Of a stretch of 31,024 bases of DNA, positions 15,536-25,862 are shown in pieces. Each line of letters begins with the position of its first letter. Positions within the stretch are counted from its first letter, which is position 1. This DNA comes from a virus. Position numbers and translations under genes: made by a program. The notes under the pieces were generated by a model. It was not told the DNA's origin and did not search any database. It was given only the letters and a program-made list of their open reading frames with translations. Location of the stretch: the IMG/VR virus record IMGVR_UViG_3300012983_000022; one strand, given 5' to 3'.

Positions 15536-17482
15536 TTAGAATGTTGCATTATCTTCTACAACATTAACTTTATTTTGCAAATCTGTAATATCACTTTCAA
15601 CAACATAACATTTTATTGTTTGTTCATTTGTAGAATTTGATTGTATTCCTGATGTTTCAAGTCTATTTAAATCAGATTGTTCATCCAATAACGGGTTGAC
15701 ATTTGTCATTGATGGTGTTGATATTTGTGGAGCGGCTACAGATGCTGATGATGCTGAATCTTTAGTTGTTGATTTCATTTTTGCTATTGTTGCTGCACCA
15801 GTAGCAGTAACAGCGGCTGTTTGTACAGCAGCGGCTGCAACACCAAATGGACCCATTTCAGAATAACCTGCCCAAATACCCATAATAGATTGAAGAGTAT
15901 TTAAAACAGTTTGCATAATACTTAATGCTTTTTGTTCTTCACTACCTTCTTCAGCCAAATCAGACAATGCACCAAATAATTCAACACTTGATGACAACAA
16001 TGCTTCTTGCTCTTGCCTCTTAATATTTGCTTTTCTTTTTTCAGTGTCTTTAGTATGTTTTAAATCTGCATTGTCAAGTTCTTGTTGTAGGGCAGATAAC
16101 TTCTTTAATTCTACTTCTTTTTCCTCTTGTGTTCCAATAAAATTGTCTAAATATGTTTGCTGCAAAGCAATCTTATCCTCAATAAGTTTACGCTCTATCT
16201 CATATTCAGCATCGGCTCTTTCTTGAATTGTCATAGTGTCATAATCAGCACTATATTTTAATTCAAATTTTTCTTGGTTTGCCTCATCTACTGCATCTTG
16301 TATTGCGTTTTTTAGCCAATCACTTCTACGGCTTGCTTCATCTTTTAATTCCTCTATACTATAATTAAGCATAGTTTTGAAGGCATTGGCCATAAAATCA
16401 TTTATGCTTTTTTGAACATTTGTAATTTCATTTTTAACTCCCTTTTCAATACCTTTTGCATAAGTTTTACCTATATTTGTACCAGCCTCTTCTATTGTTT
16501 CTTCAGTTTCAGGTGAAGACATCACTTGTCTAATTCTTTCAGTAAATTGATAACCAATTTCTTTTCCTATCCCCATATTTACAGAAAAATCAAATGCTTT
16601 ATTCCATACATTTCCTATATTTGATAAAGCGGTTTTTGCGTCTTCAACAGCTTTAGAAAAATCTCCGCTAAATACAGATTTTATTGCAGTACCAAGACCT
16701 TTAACGGCTTCAATTATGGTCCTTATTGGTGCTAACAAAAAATTGCCCAATGCGTTTCCAACTCCAAATGCACCAATTACAATAGATTGTAATGTATCTA
16801 ATGATTTTTCTTTAAATTCTGTTATAGAAGTCTGTGATACACCTATTATTTTAGTTAAGTCTTCCCAATGCTGTATTAAAGTAGCAACGGCAATAACCAA
16901 AACACCTATTCCTGTTGCAGCAATTCCTTTTTTAATTCCATCAAGGCCGCTTATAGCCGTTTTGTTAATTGACTTTATTACAGGAAGCATATTTTTAACA
17001 GTTCCACCAAGTTCACCTAATGGACCATCTATATTCTTAACTCCATCAAGACATTTGTCAAATGCCTGTTCAAATGCATTTGCATAATCACCTACATTTC
17101 TTTGGAAATTTCCAGTTGATGCATCAAGTTCTTTTAATTGATTGTTTATGTCAAGAATTTGTTTACCAAGGTCGGCCCTTTCAGCTTCATCGGCTGTTGC
17201 TTTCCATTGTTTCTTTAATTCAGACATTGTTTGTGATAACTGATTATAAGAACCTTCAGCAGCATCTGTAGTTGTTTTACCAACTTTCATTACCTCATTT
17301 AATTTGTCTTGTTCGGCCTTGATTTCCTTTGAAATCTTTTCATATTCCTCTGAAGCAGAATCCAATTGAAGTAACGAGCCTTTAAGGTCATCAATATGCT
17401 TTTTATAGTCTTTAAGTGATGTGGCTGTATTTCCTAAATCAACAGTTATAACTTTTTTTATTTCGTTTTGTTCAATAGCCAT
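15536..17482 (-). CDS. Tape-measure-like or internal virion protein (648 aa).
   Basis: Long coiled-coil regions plus Gly/Ala-rich hydrophobic segments (GIAATGIGVLVIAVATLI, AAAAVQTAAVTATGAATIA). Confidence 0.5.
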   Translation of the reverse strand: MAIEQNEIKKVITVDLGNTATSLKDYKKHIDDLKGSLLQLDSASEEYEKISKEIKAEQDKLNEVMKVGKTTTDAAEGSYNQLSQTMSELKKQWKATADEAERADLGKQILDINNQLKELDASTGNFQRNVGDYANAFEQAFDKCLDGVKNIDGPLGELGGTVKNMLPVIKSINKTAISGLDGIKKGIAATGIGVLVIAVATLIQHWEDLTKIIGVSQTSITEFKEKSLDTLQSIVIGAFGVGNALGNFLLAPIRTIIEAVKGLGTAIKSVFSGDFSKAVEDAKTALSNIGNVWNKAFDFSVNMGIGKEIGYQFTERIRQVMSSPETEETIEEAGTNIGKTYAKGIEKGVKNEITNVQKSINDFMANAFKTMLNYSIEELKDEASRRSDWLKNAIQDAVDEANQEKFELKYSADYDTMTIQERADAEYEIERKLIEDKIALQQTYLDNFIGTQEEKEVELKKLSALQQELDNADLKHTKDTEKRKANIKRQEQEALLSSSVELFGALSDLAEEGSEEQKALSIMQTVLNTLQSIMGIWAGYSEMGPFGVAAAAVQTAAVTATGAATIAKMKSTTKDSASSASVAAPQISTPSMTNVNPLLDEQSDLNRLETSGIQSNSTNEQTIKCYVVESDITDLQNKVNVVEDNATF

Positions 17483-17526
17483 AATTATAATTTTAATTAA
17501 AAATATAAATTATTACATAAAGGTTT

Positions 17527-20500
17527 TTAGTTTGTCCAAGTATCTATATTTCTGATTTTATGTAGTCTTACTTTAGTGAACTTATCGTGAACTGTTTCGG
17601 CAATCTTGAAGTTTTCCAATTTTGTTATAATCCAAAGATGAGACTTGTATGAATAAAAATATCTCATAATTGAATTTGCATCACCAAAACCAGACAAATC
17701 AACATAAGCCGTTATATCCCTTGTGTTTCTGTCATACAAATCATTCAAATAATCTTTCCAGTTTTTATCATAAATTCTTTCAGTGTATTCTTCATCATCT
17801 TGCGGAACTTCTGCTATTTTATATTCATTTGAAGTGTAAGAAGTAGAAGTAACTGTTTTAGTATAATTATAATTAGGATTATAAATGAAATCTGTATTTG
17901 TTAAACTATATTGATTGTCAAGTCCATCTTGATTTACTAAATTCCAAGAAGCAAATTTATATGTTGTTCCATTCCAAGATTGAATATCAGAAACATAAAT
18001 ATTATATAAGTCCCTACTGAACATTGGCAAAATCCAAGATGAAGCAGTTCCTTTTTGGTCACTTGAATAACATCCCCAAGATGTAAATACATCACTGTAT
18101 TTAAAATCATACATATAGCATCTTGATTGATTTAAATAATATTGTTCATACATATCATTACTGAAACTAACCCTTGGTGAAATTACATAGTTTGGAGCAA
18201 TGACTTTCATTTTGGCATTCGTATCCGATTTTCTAAAGTTACATCTTATTGTAGTTGTTCCATCAGGTAATGTTAATTGTGCATCTACCAAATTTGAATT
18301 TGCTTGAGAATATTCCGTACCAATTCTTGTTCCTGAAGCATTATAATAATTAACAATATAAGAACTATAACTTGAATTAAAAGAAGCCGTTACGAAATAT
18401 TGAGTGTTTGGTTGAACATTGTAGATATAAATGTCTTGATACTGAGAACTTGTTACTGTTCCTGAACTGTTTATATAATGTGAAGAATTTGTTGAATCAG
18501 GTTGTATTTCAACTTTATTGCTATTTGGAACATCAACATAATCATAATTTTTAACAAACCCATTCAAAAATATCAATGAAGATTCAAAATCAACTGATTT
18601 GTTTTCTTTATTGAAAATTGAAATTTTAGGCAAAAAGTCTTTAGTTGACAATTGTGATGTTGATGTAGATGGAGTTCCTACGGTAAATATTTCCTTTTTC
18701 TTTATTTCATCTACATTAGCAACATCTTGATTGAACAATGTCCAACTTATTGATTGTACATCATAAGCCCTTGGAAATTGAGGATTTAAATTATAATAAA
18801 CTGATGACTGTTGCCAATCTATTAAATTTTTATAAGTCAAATCATTCAATAGGTTTGTTTCTCCAGCATTATATTCTATTCCTGTTTCATATCTTTTAAT
18901 GTTAAATTTGTCTTTTGAAATTTTATTAAATACATAAGTAGGATATGTTTCAGGCGTGTCAAGACCTACATTTATAGTCTTATATTTTGTGGTTATATTC
19001 TTGATGTTTATATCTCTTCCAATATCAACTCTGTCATCAATGTTTATGGTCCTGTCTAAATAATAATTCTTTAAAGTCTTAATATAAATTTTCTTTGATG
19101 TTTCATCACATATAAACCTATAGTTCATAAGTTTACAAAATCCTGAAAGATATTTCATAGGAGATTGAGATTGTGCAAATAAAGTTTTCTTATCCAAATT
19201 AATAATGTTAAAACCTGAAGTTTTTGCTGATAACAATCCATTTTGTTTGTCTTCATTTAAATTAAAATAGGCCCAAGAATTGTTTTGGCTTGCTTGCAAA
19301 GAAAATTCATTATAATGCCATATAGTATATCTTTGTGATGTTATAAAACCATAAGGTGCTTCAACAGATGGCCTATATCCGCCAGGGCTTGAACTTTGTT
19401 CTTCAGTTATTATTGCAAATGATATATTGTCAGTACCATAAAGTCCTGAAGTAATTGCGGTTGTATTTGACAAGTTTGTCCACATTATTCCTTGTATTTG
19501 TTCAACATTGAAATCAGTAATGTCTGAATTTAAATTTAAATTAGTTACTATTTTTTCATTTGAACAATTAAATGAAACTGTATTAATATATCCGTCACCA
19601 GTAACTTCAGGATTTTCAATTTTGCAATTATGATAATTGAATTGGTCTATTTGTATTCCACCATTCATTCTTGCCTGTATTTGGCCGTTTAAAACACTCT
19701 TTATTGTATTTAATTGGGCCCTATTGTCGTTATATCCAAATCCATAATTTAAAGGGTCTGTAGAAAAATAAAATATGTCTGCTATAGTTTTAATTAAAGT
19801 TGAATCATCATAAATTTTATGTATCAAAACAGGAGTTGTATAAATATATCTGAAGTTTGCTTGGCTTCCTGTTTTTCCATTATCGTGCATACTACCAGAC
19901 ATATAATTTGGGTATCTTGAAGCATAATAATTGAAAGAATTGCATTTAAATGTAAGATTTGGCTTAACATTCAAATTTAAATTATAATTTCCTTTTGATA
20001 CTGATGTTGTATTTGTTGACAAATAATAAGGTTCAGCATCCATTACAGATGTTCCTTCTCCTGTTTGCCAATCAACATTAATTGTCGTATATTGGCCATC
20101 AAAATTTGAATTTGGTGATATTGTTAATAAATTTAGTTCGTCACTGTCTTGTTTCAATTTTCCAAGCATAACCCAACTATATAGCCAATAATTTGAATTT
20201 TTAATATCATCATCCCATATTACATCATAACCGCCGTTGTTTTCAGGTTGTGATATAACATTCATTAATTTTGATAGTCTTACTGCTACTGGCAATTCAT
20301 TAATTCTCAAGTCTCCTGCTTCCCAAGGGTCCAAATCTCTTGAAAAAGTTACAAGTCCATATTTATATGCGTCAGAACTTGAAAATGTTTTACCAATTGT
20401 AGTATAAGTCTCATTATCTTCTGTATATGTATCTGGAAATGATTTCTGCAATTTTAATTTTGTATCATTTGTTATATATGGAGTTGCTGAATTATAATTT

Positions 20501-21174
20501 TGATTAAATGTTGAAACAAGCATATGTTTTGAATCAAAATTTTCGTAGAATCCTGTATAACAAGGTACAAACACAATATCTTTTTCAATTTCAGTTATTC
20601 CCTCATAAGTATATAAAGGATTTAAATTATGATAACTTGATGCTACAATATCGGCAGAACATTTGTATAATGTTGTTGAATTTTCATTTGTCGGCGTTGT
20701 CTGTGTTCCGTGACCAACTAATCCAACTTTAGTCCACCAATTCCAATACATATCATATAAAGTTTTTGGTGAACCATCTTCATTATAAGACAAAGAATAG
20801 AAAAATTCTCCTATTCCGCCATAAAGTGTTAATTGATAGGTTATGTTTCTTTCGCTTTTGACCAATATATTGTCAAGTGTGCAATATCCCCTATTAATCA
20901 TTGAGCCGTTTTTGTTTATAAACCAATTTACCTTTTTATGTGGGTCATAGAAGTTTTCAATATTTGACGGTCCTGAAATTGGTATATATTTATCATAGCG
21001 GAACAAATGGCCAAATGTAATGTTATTATTTGGTGTTCCAGGAATATTAACTGTCTTTGAAAAAGAATTTTTAATTGATGATAGTTTGTCAGGGTCAATA
21101 CTTTCATAATTGAAATTAATCTCCAAATCATCAGTAATGTCAATCTTTTTATTTTCTATGTAAAGTTCAATCAT
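17527..21174 (-). CDS. Large tail / baseplate-associated protein (1215 aa).
   Basis: Size and position. The N-terminus (MIELYIENKKIDITDDLEINFNYESIDPDKL..) looks like tail-tip proteins. Confidence 0.5.
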   Translation of the reverse strand: MIELYIENKKIDITDDLEINFNYESIDPDKLSSIKNSFSKTVNIPGTPNNNITFGHLFRYDKYIPISGPSNIENFYDPHKKVNWFINKNGSMINRGYCTLDNILVKSERNITYQLTLYGGIGEFFYSLSYNEDGSPKTLYDMYWNWWTKVGLVGHGTQTTPTNENSTTLYKCSADIVASSYHNLNPLYTYEGITEIEKDIVFVPCYTGFYENFDSKHMLVSTFNQNYNSATPYITNDTKLKLQKSFPDTYTEDNETYTTIGKTFSSSDAYKYGLVTFSRDLDPWEAGDLRINELPVAVRLSKLMNVISQPENNGGYDVIWDDDIKNSNYWLYSWVMLGKLKQDSDELNLLTISPNSNFDGQYTTINVDWQTGEGTSVMDAEPYYLSTNTTSVSKGNYNLNLNVKPNLTFKCNSFNYYASRYPNYMSGSMHDNGKTGSQANFRYIYTTPVLIHKIYDDSTLIKTIADIFYFSTDPLNYGFGYNDNRAQLNTIKSVLNGQIQARMNGGIQIDQFNYHNCKIENPEVTGDGYINTVSFNCSNEKIVTNLNLNSDITDFNVEQIQGIMWTNLSNTTAITSGLYGTDNISFAIITEEQSSSPGGYRPSVEAPYGFITSQRYTIWHYNEFSLQASQNNSWAYFNLNEDKQNGLLSAKTSGFNIINLDKKTLFAQSQSPMKYLSGFCKLMNYRFICDETSKKIYIKTLKNYYLDRTINIDDRVDIGRDINIKNITTKYKTINVGLDTPETYPTYVFNKISKDKFNIKRYETGIEYNAGETNLLNDLTYKNLIDWQQSSVYYNLNPQFPRAYDVQSISWTLFNQDVANVDEIKKKEIFTVGTPSTSTSQLSTKDFLPKISIFNKENKSVDFESSLIFLNGFVKNYDYVDVPNSNKVEIQPDSTNSSHYINSSGTVTSSQYQDIYIYNVQPNTQYFVTASFNSSYSSYIVNYYNASGTRIGTEYSQANSNLVDAQLTLPDGTTTIRCNFRKSDTNAKMKVIAPNYVISPRVSFSNDMYEQYYLNQSRCYMYDFKYSDVFTSWGCYSSDQKGTASSWILPMFSRDLYNIYVSDIQSWNGTTYKFASWNLVNQDGLDNQYSLTNTDFIYNPNYNYTKTVTSTSYTSNEYKIAEVPQDDEEYTERIYDKNWKDYLNDLYDRNTRDITAYVDLSGFGDANSIMRYFYSYKSHLWIITKLENFKIAETVHDKFTKVRLHKIRNIDTWTN

Positions 21175-21177
21175 AAT

Positions 21178-22221
21178 TTAAATTCTATATTTTGGTTGTG
21201 AAGCAGAAACTTCAATATTATATGTAGCCATTTTTCTTCCTTGGTTCTTGTAATTCTTATGCTCACAATTAGAATTTGTAATGTTAACAGGAGCAATATA
21301 ACCTTCTTCTAAGTCGTGTATGAATATTTTGTTTGAAGCCATTAAATTAATCATCTTAGAAGATTCAATATCATCCAAAAATGAAGTATTCAAGGACCAT
21401 CTTTCTTGTATAGTAGTCAAATAATCTACTTTATGAAAATCTGTTGAACCAGCGACATAATTTTTCTTGTATGATAATCTTGCCAAATCATCTGTCTTTA
21501 ATTCTCTTCCCCTGAATAACAACGAATCCCATCCACCATATTGGTTAAGATAATATAAGCAATATTTATAACAGGTGTTTGTTACATAATAAGTTGATGG
21601 TCCAATTGTAATTTTATTTACGCCATCAATAGGAACTGTTCTATCAACAAAGAAATCATAAGAATATGCATAAGTAAATTCTCCTGGGTATGTACTTGTT
21701 GACAAATCCTGAACCAAATTATAATAAGTATATCCTGAAACTTGAAATGATGTAACAACAATACTGCCTATTCTCATTGTAATTGTTGTTTGTGTATCAG
21801 GTGTTCCCGCTTTAATCGTATATACAAAGAATTGCCTATTGTCCACCAAATTAATAATAGGGTCCGATAATACAGACCTTGCATCATTTGTATAACTCCA
21901 ATCATAATTAATTATAACAAAATCATTTGTCCAAGTCTGCCAATCATCCTGTGTATAATAAATATAAAATGTATAATGTGAAGCATTATCAGGTTGTAAT
22001 TGCGATATAAAAGAAATTGGAGTTGGATTGACATACTGTGACAATATTTCATTTAAGTTCTGTATTCCAAATCCGTCCAATATAAGTCCATCATATATTA
22101 CTCCACTTGTTTCTTCTGAAGGGTCTGTATTTACAGAATGGTCCAAAATTCTGAAATATGTATCACCGCTTACAGGAGGTAAATTAAGAGTTTCCCAAGA
22201 TTTTTTTTCGTAAGTTGCCAT
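21178..22221 (-). CDS. Tail structural protein (347 aa).
   Basis: Its stop lies 4 nt upstream of the 1215-aa gene start, suggesting tight coupling. Confidence 0.45.
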   Translation of the reverse strand: MATYEKKSWETLNLPPVSGDTYFRILDHSVNTDPSEETSGVIYDGLILDGFGIQNLNEILSQYVNPTPISFISQLQPDNASHYTFYIYYTQDDWQTWTNDFVIINYDWSYTNDARSVLSDPIINLVDNRQFFVYTIKAGTPDTQTTITMRIGSIVVTSFQVSGYTYYNLVQDLSTSTYPGEFTYAYSYDFFVDRTVPIDGVNKITIGPSTYYVTNTCYKYCLYYLNQYGGWDSLLFRGRELKTDDLARLSYKKNYVAGSTDFHKVDYLTTIQERWSLNTSFLDDIESSKMINLMASNKIFIHDLEEGYIAPVNITNSNCEHKNYKNQGRKMATYNIEVSASQPKYRI

Positions 22222-22278
22222 TTAATTATAATTTTAATTTCTTATAAATATTTAATTTATATTTGATGTTTTTGTAAT

Positions 22279-22761
22279 TTAAATTTTAATTAAGTCTATG
22301 TTTGTTTGCAAATCAATTGATATTGCGTCTGATATTTTATTTTTATTTTTGGCCCAACATAAATCTAATGCTTCTTTGAATTGGTTTCCTGCTTCTATTC
22401 CGTCCCTTGCTATTTTTCTTGAAATCAAAAATGCCAATTGTTTTTCGGTAGGTTTAATTCCATTAACGGGCCTTGGTATTACGGGTTTTATTTTAACCCA
22501 ATCTAAAATTTTATTTGGAGGTGGAAATTTTCCAGGTCTACGGCCATATTCTACATATTTCCAATAATGGGCCAATGATATTGAACCTGAATATTTATTT
22601 GTTTCAAATTGAATTTCAATCGGCTTTATTGACCTTATCAAATCACCTGTGGCTTTTTTGTTGTCCCTAATCAACAATCCTTTATATGTATCTACAAAAT
22701 CCGATACAAAATCATTTATTGCTTTTTCCAAATTAAGAAATGTTAATGCGTTTGTTTCCAT
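22279..22761 (-). CDS. HK97 gp10-like neck / tail-completion protein.
   Basis: KKATGDLIRSIKP...LAHYWKYVEYGRRPG matches the TGxLrrSI...Ya.yvEyG signature. Confidence 0.6.
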   Translation of the reverse strand: METNALTFLNLEKAINDFVSDFVDTYKGLLIRDNKKATGDLIRSIKPIEIQFETNKYSGSISLAHYWKYVEYGRRPGKFPPPNKILDWVKIKPVIPRPVNGIKPTEKQLAFLISRKIARDGIEAGNQFKEALDLCWAKNKNKISDAISIDLQTNIDLIKI

Positions 22762-23006
22762 TTTTCTATTCTTTCCTTTTCCTTGTTATTTTTATGTTTC
22801 AAAAAAGCCAATAGATTGAAAAATTCATAAATGTTCTTTTTGAATACATCATCAAATTTATCCCTTGTCAATTGTCCAACATTGTCAACGAGCGTAAGCC
22901 ATCCAAAGTAGCTTTCTTCATTTTCTCCCATTCCTTCTCCACTGTTTCTATCTCCTGACTGTTTTTGCTCTTTTTCTTCATCCTCTTCATCCTCTTCAGT
23001 ATCCAA
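22743..23006 (-). CDS. -1 frame ORF overlapping the 3' end of 22868-23578. Possibly a frameshift extension.
   Basis: Has no ATG start (TTG in the track). The 139-nt overlap contains G-AAA-AAG at 22970-22976. Confidence 0.4.
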   Translation of the reverse strand: MDTEEDEEDEEKEQKQSGDRNSGEGMGENEESYFGWLTLVDNVGQLTRDKFDDVFKKNIYEFFNLLAFLKHKNNKEKERIEKWKQTH

Positions 23007-23578
23007 TTGAAATAATTGGCTGTAGCCCTGATTGAAATCAGATATTGCTTTAGAAAAAAAAACATTATTTCATTTGCTGTCATTATATCCAAATTTGAAT
23101 TTATATTTTCTACCAATTCCTGTATATTGTATCCTTCAGCATATTTTTTACCTTTTGGAATTATGAAGCAAGCCAATATGTTTCCTATTATTCTTTCATT
23201 TGTTTTCCTCTTTGGAAAGAATGTCTGAAAATCTATATATTGTGCCACAGTGAAATTCTGTAAATTTGTATCAATGCTATATTTTTCTCCGTTAATTTCA
23301 ATTGTCTTGAATTTTACATTTTCTTTTAATTGAAATTCTTCCATCCACAATGATTCCACTTGAAGATTTCTGAAATCAGGCCAACTTAAATTCCATATTT
23401 CTTCTTCTCTTTTTCCAGTTATGAATGCAATTTTAATTATAATTTTTTCATAATCAGTCAAAGCATCATCACTCAATCTTTCGCACAAATCGAAGTACTC
23501 ATCTATTGTTACATCTTTCCAACTTTTCTTAATGGTATTTTCCATATCCCTTGTTTTCTTTTTTATTTTTATTTCCAA
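22868..23578 (-). CDS. Hypothetical protein (236 aa), possibly chaperone-like.
   Basis: ORF immediately after TerL, with a Lys-rich C-terminal tail. Confidence 0.55.
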   Translation of the reverse strand: MEIKIKKKTRDMENTIKKSWKDVTIDEYFDLCERLSDDALTDYEKIIIKIAFITGKREEEIWNLSWPDFRNLQVESLWMEEFQLKENVKFKTIEINGEKYSIDTNLQNFTVAQYIDFQTFFPKRKTNERIIGNILACFIIPKGKKYAEGYNIQELVENINSNLDIMTANEIMFFFLKQYLISIRATANYFNWILKRMKRMKKKSKNSQEIETVEKEWEKMKKATLDGLRSLTMLDN

Positions 23579-24845
23579 AACTTAATCTGTAATTATTATT
23601 TGATTCCAATTTATGTATGCCGCTTAAAGCAAACGCATTAGCCATAACTATATCATCGTGAACTCCATACATACCATTATATGTAATTTGACCACTCTTT
23701 GTAATTTCAATTTGATAACCACCAAGTTCTACATATTGTTCATTGTCAGTCAAAAACTTAATGGTTTCCTCATTTATCCTCTTTATCATATAATCTATGA
23801 TTTCCCTCTTTGACGGATTTGATGTTATAAAATCATCAAAATTATAATTAAGGCCAATTGCTTCTTTAAGTAACGGAGTATATACATTTCCTATTGAATT
23901 TGTCTCACAAATTATTTTTTGTACTTTATAATCTTTATATTTATTTCTAATTATGTTACTTATCCATTGAATTTGCTCTGTCGGATTTAGATTGTTTTGA
24001 TAATCAAGTCCAACCTGTATGGCTGAAGAATCAAATGCAGAAACAACTGTATTATCATTATCTGTTCCTGTTGCCCAGTCTATACCTATAAAAATGTCAT
24101 TATTATTTAATTCTGTAGTTTTGAATACATTTTTGCTCAAGTCAAATACTCCACCAACTTCATCAACAAACTCTCCAAGTATTTCACTCACAAATTGCCA
24201 TTTAGGTAGTATCTTTCTATATAGTTCAATTTTATCTTCTGGCAATACTTCTGATGTGTCATATTTGGATAAATCAAATGATTGTATCGGGCCATCAGGA
24301 TTTTTTATACCTTCATTGAAATATTCATAAAATATACCTGTTTTTGTCCTTGGAGTACTGACCATCAATACATTACATTTATACATATTGACATATGGGA
24401 GCACAACGCCGTACAAATCATCTTTCAAATAGGCACATTCATCCAAAATTAAAATTCCTGAACCTTTTACGGTTAAACCCCTCAAATTATCACCTGAAGC
24501 TGCTGACTTAAATAAAATTGAAGATTTGTTTTTGAAATTAATTTCCATACTGCTACTGTTGATTGATTCAACGAAAGGAGCATCTTTTATGAAATCACAT
24601 AATTCCTTGAATAGTTTTCCGCAACTTGAAAAAGTTAATGATACACAAATACTTGTTGAATTTGAATAAGTTATCGAATGACGCAATAGTTCCATTTCAC
24701 ACATAAATGATTTTCCGCATTGTCTTTTGCTTTTTGCAACAAAAATCTTCTGTGCGTGTGGTCCTGCATTTTTTATAGCATCAACTATATCTTTCTGCCA
24801 GGGAAACAATTTTGGTCCTATTATTTTTTTATTCGCCATATTCAA
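23529..24845 (-). CDS. terL: Terminase large subunit.
   Basis: Walker A KSKRQCGKS, Walker B ILILDECAY, and nuclease-domain motifs IGIDWATGTDNDNT and HDDIVMANA. Confidence 0.9.
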   Translation of the reverse strand: MNMANKKIIGPKLFPWQKDIVDAIKNAGPHAQKIFVAKSKRQCGKSFMCEMELLRHSITYSNSTSICVSLTFSSCGKLFKELCDFIKDAPFVESINSSSMEINFKNKSSILFKSAASGDNLRGLTVKGSGILILDECAYLKDDLYGVVLPYVNMYKCNVLMVSTPRTKTGIFYEYFNEGIKNPDGPIQSFDLSKYDTSEVLPEDKIELYRKILPKWQFVSEILGEFVDEVGGVFDLSKNVFKTTELNNNDIFIGIDWATGTDNDNTVVSAFDSSAIQVGLDYQNNLNPTEQIQWISNIIRNKYKDYKVQKIICETNSIGNVYTPLLKEAIGLNYNFDDFITSNPSKREIIDYMIKRINEETIKFLTDNEQYVELGGYQIEITKSGQITYNGMYGVHDDIVMANAFALSGIHKLESNNNYRLSFGNKNKKENKGYGKYH

Positions 24846-25227
24846 ATGTCCAAGTTTCTATTTCTGCCTTAATTTCTTGTTTTTCAACATAAAGTCCGTT
24901 TAGTCTATTAATCATATCTTGGGCTTTTATTGCTGATTTAATGTCATTTCTTTCTCTTGCTATTTCAAGCAATTCTTCAGCCCTTTCTAATTGTGTTTTT
25001 CTCACTTCTTCATAATCAACATCTTTTGTTGATTCACAAAGGTCTAAAATAGCATCGTGTATAATTTTATATGCTTGTGTTGCTCCTATATTATATTGTT
25101 CCTCAAGCCAATCAGCTATTTTTTTTCTTGACCACCCTGCCCTGTACTTTTGAAGAACTTCCTTTTTTCTTCTTTTGGTTTCCATTGTCGGGCGTTCCAT
25201 TTTCCTTATTGTTGTTTCCTTTTTCAT
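24829..25227 (-). CDS. Small terminase subunit candidate (HTH plus coiled coil).
   Basis: Lies upstream of and overlaps terL. HTH-like segment SRKKIADWLEEQYNIGATQAYKIIHDA. The start is uncertain (Met at 25227, 25200 or 25185). Confidence 0.5.
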   Translation of the reverse strand: MKKETTIRKMERPTMETKRRKKEVLQKYRAGWSRKKIADWLEEQYNIGATQAYKIIHDAILDLCESTKDVDYEEVRKTQLERAEELLEIARERNDIKSAIKAQDMINRLNGLYVEKQEIKAEIETWTFEYGE

Positions 25228-25486
25228 TTTCTATTTCATTTTGTTTTTTATTTCTTTCCTCAAGGTCTGCAAAATATGCTTTTCCTATTTGTTGGTAAAT
25301 TCTTAAAACGCAAACAGAACAATGTGAATCTTTGTTTAAGATAGTTTTTCCTGTTGCATCCTCATATACTTTAACTATTTCTTGTGTCAAATATTGTGGG
25401 GCATTTCTTATATAGTCCTGTTTTGCTGTTCTGAAATGTGGTCCTGCCTGTTTAATTACTTCCCACTGTTCATCATTGAAAATCAT
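25112..25486 (-). CDS. Hypothetical protein (124 aa) with a low-complexity basic tail.
   Basis: ORF with the aattaaaattATG start context. Its 3' end overlaps the next gene by up to 116 nt. Confidence 0.5.
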   Translation of the reverse strand: MIFNDEQWEVIKQAGPHFRTAKQDYIRNAPQYLTQEIVKVYEDATGKTILNKDSHCSVCVLRIYQQIGKAYFADLEERNKKQNEIENEKGNNNKENGTPDNGNQKKKKGSSSKVQGRVVKKKNS

Positions 25487-25511
25487 AATTTTAATTTATA
25501 TTTAAATATAA

Positions 25512-25862
25512 TTATTTTTGGATAAGTTTTTGAAGCCACATTTCAAATGCAGCCAAGTAATCTTTTACTGCCAAAAGTAAACCTGAAATATTGCTTGAAA
25601 TCAAACTTAAAAATGCTACAAATGCTATATATGGAATTGTGAATTTTCCTACTATAATCAAATAAATAAGGCCTGACCACCATACGCTACACAACGAACA
25701 TCCTACAGGTTTGAGTTTCAGGTCATTATAATCAACTTTAACTTTGGTATATTTAAATATTTGTTTTGCCACAAACTTTCTAATGTCAGTCATCACTCCA
25801 GAACAATCAACTATGAAGCAAACTATTATTGTAATTAAAATCAAATTAATTATTATCATCAT
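25512..25862 (-). CDS. Membrane protein (116 aa, about 3 TMDs).
   Basis: Hydrophobic segments IIINLILITIIVCFIV, SVWWSGLIYLIIVG and IPYIAFVAFLSLI. Confidence 0.55.
   Translation of the reverse strand: MMIIINLILITIIVCFIVDCSGVMTDIRKFVAKQIFKYTKVKVDYNDLKLKPVGCSLCSVWWSGLIYLIIVGKFTIPYIAFVAFLSLISSNISGLLLAVKDYLAAFEMWLQKLIQK

Noticed and set aside
3292-25344. Short antisense or off-frame ORFs nested in long genes. The starts are 3292, 3826, 4469, 5569, 9626, 11286, 11612, 13262, 14420, 15038, 16044, 16716, 17062, 20508, 20928, 22028, 22298, 23016, 24019, 25071 and 25150. Also 25938, 27519, 29026, 29763, 30300 and 30523.
   Set aside because: Each lies entirely or almost entirely within a longer ORF that has recognisable motifs or a consistent operon context. 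Their translations are low complexity (S/L/F/I rich), as expected for shadow frames in AT-rich DNA.
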